64,000 nt of DNA from Chlamydiia bacterium (GTDB taxonomy: Bacteria; Chlamydiota; Chlamydiia; Chlamydiales; Rhabdochlamydiaceae): the NCBI GenBank assembly GCA_963804085.1, contig CAWDOQ010000002.1, positions 96,001 through 160,000 on the forward strand. The letters run 5' to 3'. The notes below the pieces were generated by a model that made no database searches, was not told the origin of the DNA, and worked only from the letters and a program-made list of their open reading frames with translations. The translations under genes and the position numbers were made by a program. This document shows, one piece after another, positions 59,481 through 64,000 of this stretch. Numbering within the stretch: the first letter of the stretch is position 1; each line of letters begins with the position of its first letter.

Positions 59481-59539
59481 CAACCCCTATTAAGATTTTT
59501 CCCTATCTTTCTCCGAAATACTGTATGCTTGTCCCCTAT

Positions 59540-60469
59540 ATGGATGGGGCTATAGAAAATATTATAGTTGGCGAGGGGGACGGGGGGGTGCGGCTGGATA
59601 GGCTGCTGGTGCTCCGCTTTCCTGCTTATTCGCGCACCTACTTCCAGTTTCTGATTGAAACTGGCGGGGTATTGGTTAATGGTGAAAAGATCAAAAAGCG
59701 CACGCTTCCTGAGGTGGGCGATGAGATCGAGATCTGCTTTCTTCTCACCCCCGAACTCTCTTTAGCGCCTGAAAACATTCCTCTAGACATCTTGTTCGAA
59801 GATGAGCACCTGCTCGCGATCAACAAACCTGCGGGGATGGTCGTCCACCCGGCTCCGGGCCACTTCTCGGGGACATTTGTCCACGCGCTCCTCTTTCACT
59901 GCAATCTCCAAACAGATGCAGGAAACCTTCGCCCAGGCATCGTCCACAGACTGGACAAAGAAACAACCGGGGTGCTTCTTGCAGCCAAAACCATGCAGGC
60001 GCACGAGAAACTCGTTTCGCTCTTCTCCTCACGAAAAATCCAAAAGCACTACTTAGCACTCTGCCTCGGCAAGCCCGCCAATGCCATCATCGATGCACCT
60101 ATTGCACGCCATCCGACACGACGCAAAGAGATGGCTGTCTGTTTAGAAAAGGGCAAAGAAGCGATCACGCGCCTAAAACTACTTGGATTTAAGGATAACC
60201 TCTCTTTAATCGAAGTCGAGCTGGTTACAGGGCGCACACATCAGATCCGCGTACACATGAAACATATCGGCTTTCCTGTGATTGGCGATCCACTCTATGG
60301 CTCTTCTTCCACCAACAAAAAATATGGAGCTGTGCGCCAGCTTCTGCATGCACATAGACTGCAATTCATCCACCCTTTCACAGGAAAGAGCGTAGAACTA
60401 AAGGCTCCACTCCCTGCTGATTTCTCCCACTTTCTCGCCATTCAAAATTTTGTGACTGGATGTATATAA
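59540..60469 (+). CDS. rluD: RluA/RluD family pseudouridine synthase
   Basis: S4 domain RLD, NKPAGMVVHP, HRLDKETTG, TGRTHQIRVH. Confidence 0.93.
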   Translation: MDGAIENIIVGEGDGGVRLDRLLVLRFPAYSRTYFQFLIETGGVLVNGEKIKKRTLPEVGDEIEICFLLTPELSLAPENIPLDILFEDEHLLAINKPAGMVVHPAPGHFSGTFVHALLFHCNLQTDAGNLRPGIVHRLDKETTGVLLAAKTMQAHEKLVSLFSSRKIQKHYLALCLGKPANAIIDAPIARHPTRRKEMAVCLEKGKEAITRLKLLGFKDNLSLIEVELVTGRTHQIRVHMKHIGFPVIGDPLYGSSSTNKKYGAVRQLLHAHRLQFIHPFTGKSVELKAPLPADFSHFLAIQNFVTGCI

Positions 60470-60520
60470 CTATTTTAAGTATAGTTTTATTTTAACCAGA
60501 TTCCTATTGGAGATCGAGTT

Positions 60521-60787
60521 ATGAAAGAGTTTGTGGAATACATCGTAAAAAATCTTGTTGATAATCCTGACAAAGTCCGTATCAATGAGATCGGCGGCAC
60601 GCACACGTTGATTATCGAACTTTCGGTAGAAAAATCAGATATCGGCAAGATCATCGGTAAAAAAGGCAAGACGATCAATGCGATCCGCACCTTGCTCATG
60701 TCCGTTGCAAGCCGCAACGGCATACGCGTGAATCTAGAAATCCTGGAAGAAGAAGGCGCTGTAAAAGCCCCGACTACTGCTACTTAA
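60521..60787 (+). CDS. khpA: KH domain RNA-binding protein
   Basis: LVDNPD.V, DIGKIIGKKGKTINAIR. Confidence 0.93.
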   Translation: MKEFVEYIVKNLVDNPDKVRINEIGGTHTLIIELSVEKSDIGKIIGKKGKTINAIRTLLMSVASRNGIRVNLEILEEEGAVKAPTTAT

Positions 60788-60791
60788 AGAA

Positions 60792-61733
60792 TTGCTGTTT
60801 CTATTCTTGATACCAGCGCTTCTTTACGCTGGTGCGTTGCAAGCCAAAGATACCCCGAACGATACCGCTGTTACCTATTTTGTCAGTCCAGGGCGTTTTG
60901 GCGATCAGATTCTTTGCTACTTGCACGCCAAATGGATCTCTTACCATTACGGCTTTCCTCTGCTCTATAAGCCCTTTCTTCATTCCGAAAAGTTTGCTCT
61001 CCATGAAAAAGAGGAGCTCTGGACAGAAGAAAAACAGGCCTGTTTTGAACAGGTTGTGACACACATGAAGAATGGAAGTTTTGAACGGCCGCTCTCTGGT
61101 TCGCGGCTATACTTCATCCCTTTTTTTTCTGATTTAGCAGAAGATCACGTTCTTCAACCCAACTGGACAACATTTGCTGTCGATTGGAAGGATGAAGGCT
61201 TCCGAAAAGTGCTGCGCGAGTTGTTTGCTCCTCTTAAAGAGCACTCTTTTGCAGGAGTTATTCAGGACAAAAGCTATCTCACAGTTGCGGTGCATGTCAG
61301 AAAGGGTGGGGGGTATGACTTTGCCTGCGCCCATATGGTCTGGCCGCTCAGATTTCCTCCTCTTAGCTACTACGTCGAGTGTTTGTATAAGTTATCTCTA
61401 ATGTGTCCAGATAGGCCCATCTACGCCTATGTTTTTACAGATGATCCCAACCCTCAGAAGATCGCATCGGAATTAGAGAAAAGGCTTAGAGGCATGCCGA
61501 TCACCATTGCATGTAGATCAAGCGAAGATCAAAAAAGCTCCGCCGCCATTGAAGATCTCTTTGCGATGATGCGTTTTGACTGTCTCATCCGCTCTCTTTC
61601 CAACTTCTCTCTTCTTCCCACTCTCATTTGCGACTATCAAGTGGTAATGACACCCAAACACAGCTACTGGTTAGTATTGGAGAATCTCACAGTGGAAAAT
61701 TATATCGATGAGATAGAGATGTTAACTCGTTAA
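60792..61733 (+). CDS. Fucosyltransferase-like (GT11/GT23-type) protein
   Basis: GRFGDQI, AVHVRKG, YVFTDD, DLFAM..FD.LI.S.SNFS. Confidence 0.65.
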   Translation: MLFLFLIPALLYAGALQAKDTPNDTAVTYFVSPGRFGDQILCYLHAKWISYHYGFPLLYKPFLHSEKFALHEKEELWTEEKQACFEQVVTHMKNGSFERPLSGSRLYFIPFFSDLAEDHVLQPNWTTFAVDWKDEGFRKVLRELFAPLKEHSFAGVIQDKSYLTVAVHVRKGGGYDFACAHMVWPLRFPPLSYYVECLYKLSLMCPDRPIYAYVFTDDPNPQKIASELEKRLRGMPITIACRSSEDQKSSAAIEDLFAMMRFDCLIRSLSNFSLLPTLICDYQVVMTPKHSYWLVLENLTVENYIDEIEMLTR

Positions 61734-64000
61734 TTGGGGAAGGCAGGGCGAGACTTGCGCCTTGCGAGAGTTGATCGATCCCGCATTGTATTTAAGAACT
61801 GCGATCGGAAGACCAGTTTTAGATACGATCGTGCGAGGGATCGGCAAAAAGCTCTCTTTAAAAATCAGATCTAGCTCTTTAGCATTTTCGCCAAAAAACT
61901 CGACCGTACAACGGTTGCCCACGATTTGCGGCAGATGGCGGAACGCATTTAAAAAACTCTTGAGATGCTCCACTGCTTGTTCGACCGATGGAATCCAGAT
62001 CCAGAGCTCATCCTGATGCTTATATTTACCTGCTGTCCCGGCAAAAAGATCTTCTGCGCCCGCGATCGTGCTGATCATGTGCATATGCAGATCGATCTCG
62101 CCCTTCTCTTTGTGCATGAGATGCGCATCCTCATACCAGGCTTTTCTAAGCTTGGCTGCATGTTTTAAAAACGAGGGAATATTCTTTGCAAACATCTTTG
62201 TCTGCCCGACTCTACAGCAGCCATTTTGCTCTTTTGTATCGACAAAGATGCTAGAAGGACGCCCCTTCAAGCAGAGCTGAATGTTCTTCTCGACTGCCTG
62301 CTCTTTGGCTTTGTAAATTTTGCGATAGAGCGAGTACATATCGATATTTTGCAAGATGCGCTTTGCAGCGAGTGTGACAAAATCTGAGCCTTGTGGAAGA
62401 TCGTCGAAAGAGATGACCTCCACCTCTTTTTTTAGCATGAGCGATTTAAGGCGATTTAAAAGAGAGGCGACGCACAGAACGTCTTTAAAGGAGACCTTTG
62501 TTAAAAGATCGGTGTCATCTAAAATCGCATAGAGAAAGTGCATATATTCGAGCGCTTCTCGCGTAGGATCGACAAAGTAGTCGCCTGTTTTCTCGGATGC
62601 CAGCTGTTTTTGAAGAAGCCTCTGCATGAGCCGTTTGTTCTCAGGCGTTGAAAGGTCTTTGGCGACCTCTTTTCTCTCCGCTTCCATGGTTGCACGCGTC
62701 ATGCCGCCTACACCATGAGCATCATTGATCTTAAAAGCGAGCTGGGCCACGAGCGCATTGGAAGATTGAGAGTCGGAGAGCTGCGCTACCAGAGGAGAGT
62801 GTGTTAAAAGCGAGCTCTTGTGATGGTCGATCACGCTGATCACCTCGAGATAAGAGGGGATCTTTGTCTCTTCACGATTGCAAAAATCGCGAAGTGTCAC
62901 CGTACCAAGAATCGGCTTCAAAAGATCCCGCGCATGGACCACACCTAAAGGGATTGCTCTCCCTTCTTTATCAGAAGTGGTCACCGTAAGAGAGGAGTAG
63001 GAGCCCATTTTGCTGCGGATCTCTTCAAGATCTGCGCGGTAGCTTAGCATCTGAGGGAGGTAGCCAAAGACCTCGATTTTGATTTTTAATGCGACATCGA
63101 GTCTTTCGACATAGTTTCTCACGCTTTGAATCGCTTGCGTTAACCCTTTGATGATCTTTTCCAGATGGTGGAAGATACGCGGACGGTTTTCTACAAGATA
63201 GCCGGATCTATCAAACAAGTTAGATTTTTTGAGCGACTCGAAGAGATTAATAAAGTCTTGAAAGTCGGAAAGAGAAAGCGCTTTCATTGCGAGCGCAAAC
63301 TCTTCAAAAGTACTATCTAACCCCTCCTTCACCAGCAGCACTCTAGTAAGATAGTCGGCCAGTTGCTGCTTGTGCCTTTCGCTAAACTCCTGCACAGGCT
63401 CTGCATCTCGAATGCGTATCCCAAAGATGGAACTTACAAAAGCAGGAAAGTCTTTTGAGGAGAGATTTTCTTTTGCGAATAAAGAGATCAGCTTGACGTG
63501 TAAATTGTTTTCAAACCAGCGCAGAGTCTGGTTGAGAAGAAGAAGGACGTGACGCACACCTTCGACATCGATGGTACGCCAGTCGCCTATGTAAAAACCG
63601 AGCTCATCGACCAGGACGACTGCGTTTTGACGAACGCTCATGTTCGATGTTAAGCGTCGGCTCATCCATCTGCTTTTTCACCACACCTTTTTGGCTCAAG
63701 AGATCGAGACTCGAAATCGCAAGCGATGTACGCGCCTTAGCTAGATGCGTAAAAAGACCCTCTCCAAAAATCTGATTGAAGAGCAAGTCCACTTCTATCT
63801 GCGGAGGCGGCACTCCACCCGGAAGGTTCCAGACATGAAGTTTTTCGCCCACGCGCGCTGCAAAAGCGTCTACCCATCCCCAAAAAGAGGCGACAGTCGT
63901 GTCGAGATCAGGAGAGCTATGCGCTGTCACAAAATGGCTGCCGGGATGGACTTTGCCCATACCAACGGGAAAGTAGATCTGGTACTCGTCGCGTGGAATA
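61722..64000 (-). CDS. Large DHH-family protein resembling Mn-dependent pyrophosphatase with CBS insert (5' partial; frameshift near 63635)
   Basis: TAHSSPDLDT, VVLVDE.G..IG, LGVV...DL, VIDHH, AILDDT, VGQ. Confidence 0.7.

Overview
64-kb window from an environmental Chlamydiota genome, family not determinable. The backbone is syntenic with chlamydial core blocks: yebC-GNAT-prfB-SWIB-truA-HAD-ctcB/ctcC-recO-yagE-yidD-LysM-pheT-ogt; trhO-rpsD-nfo-asnS; hemA-recX-rluD-khpA; plus three tRNAs. Three accessory layers sit on it. (1) Eukaryote-like candidate effectors: five tandem paralogs with a membrane helix and F-box-like motif, two F-box-WD40 proteins, a Sel1-repeat protein and two CaaX-tailed MORN proteins sharing one N-terminal leader, a stand-alone SH2 protein and a lipase-like protein. 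(2) Single-gene AAA+/DUF4143 cassettes, each preceded by its own palindromic boxes at an exact 33-bp period; one is bracketed by a diverged duplicate of the ctcC 3' end and lies next to orphan boxes of the same geometry. (3) Many non-coding palindromic repeats: two ~600-bp fold-back elements with swapped inner arms and a nested REP doublet, nine hexamer-armed palindromes, a 9-mer-armed palindrome and an 88-bp two-hairpin element. Also notable is a signal-less 1165-aa OppA fusion with a long ACT-like N-terminus facing a normal lipoprotein OppA. Single-base frameshifts in several genes, including essential pheT and asnS, are most likely sequencing errors. All family calls come from reading motifs; no searches were run.
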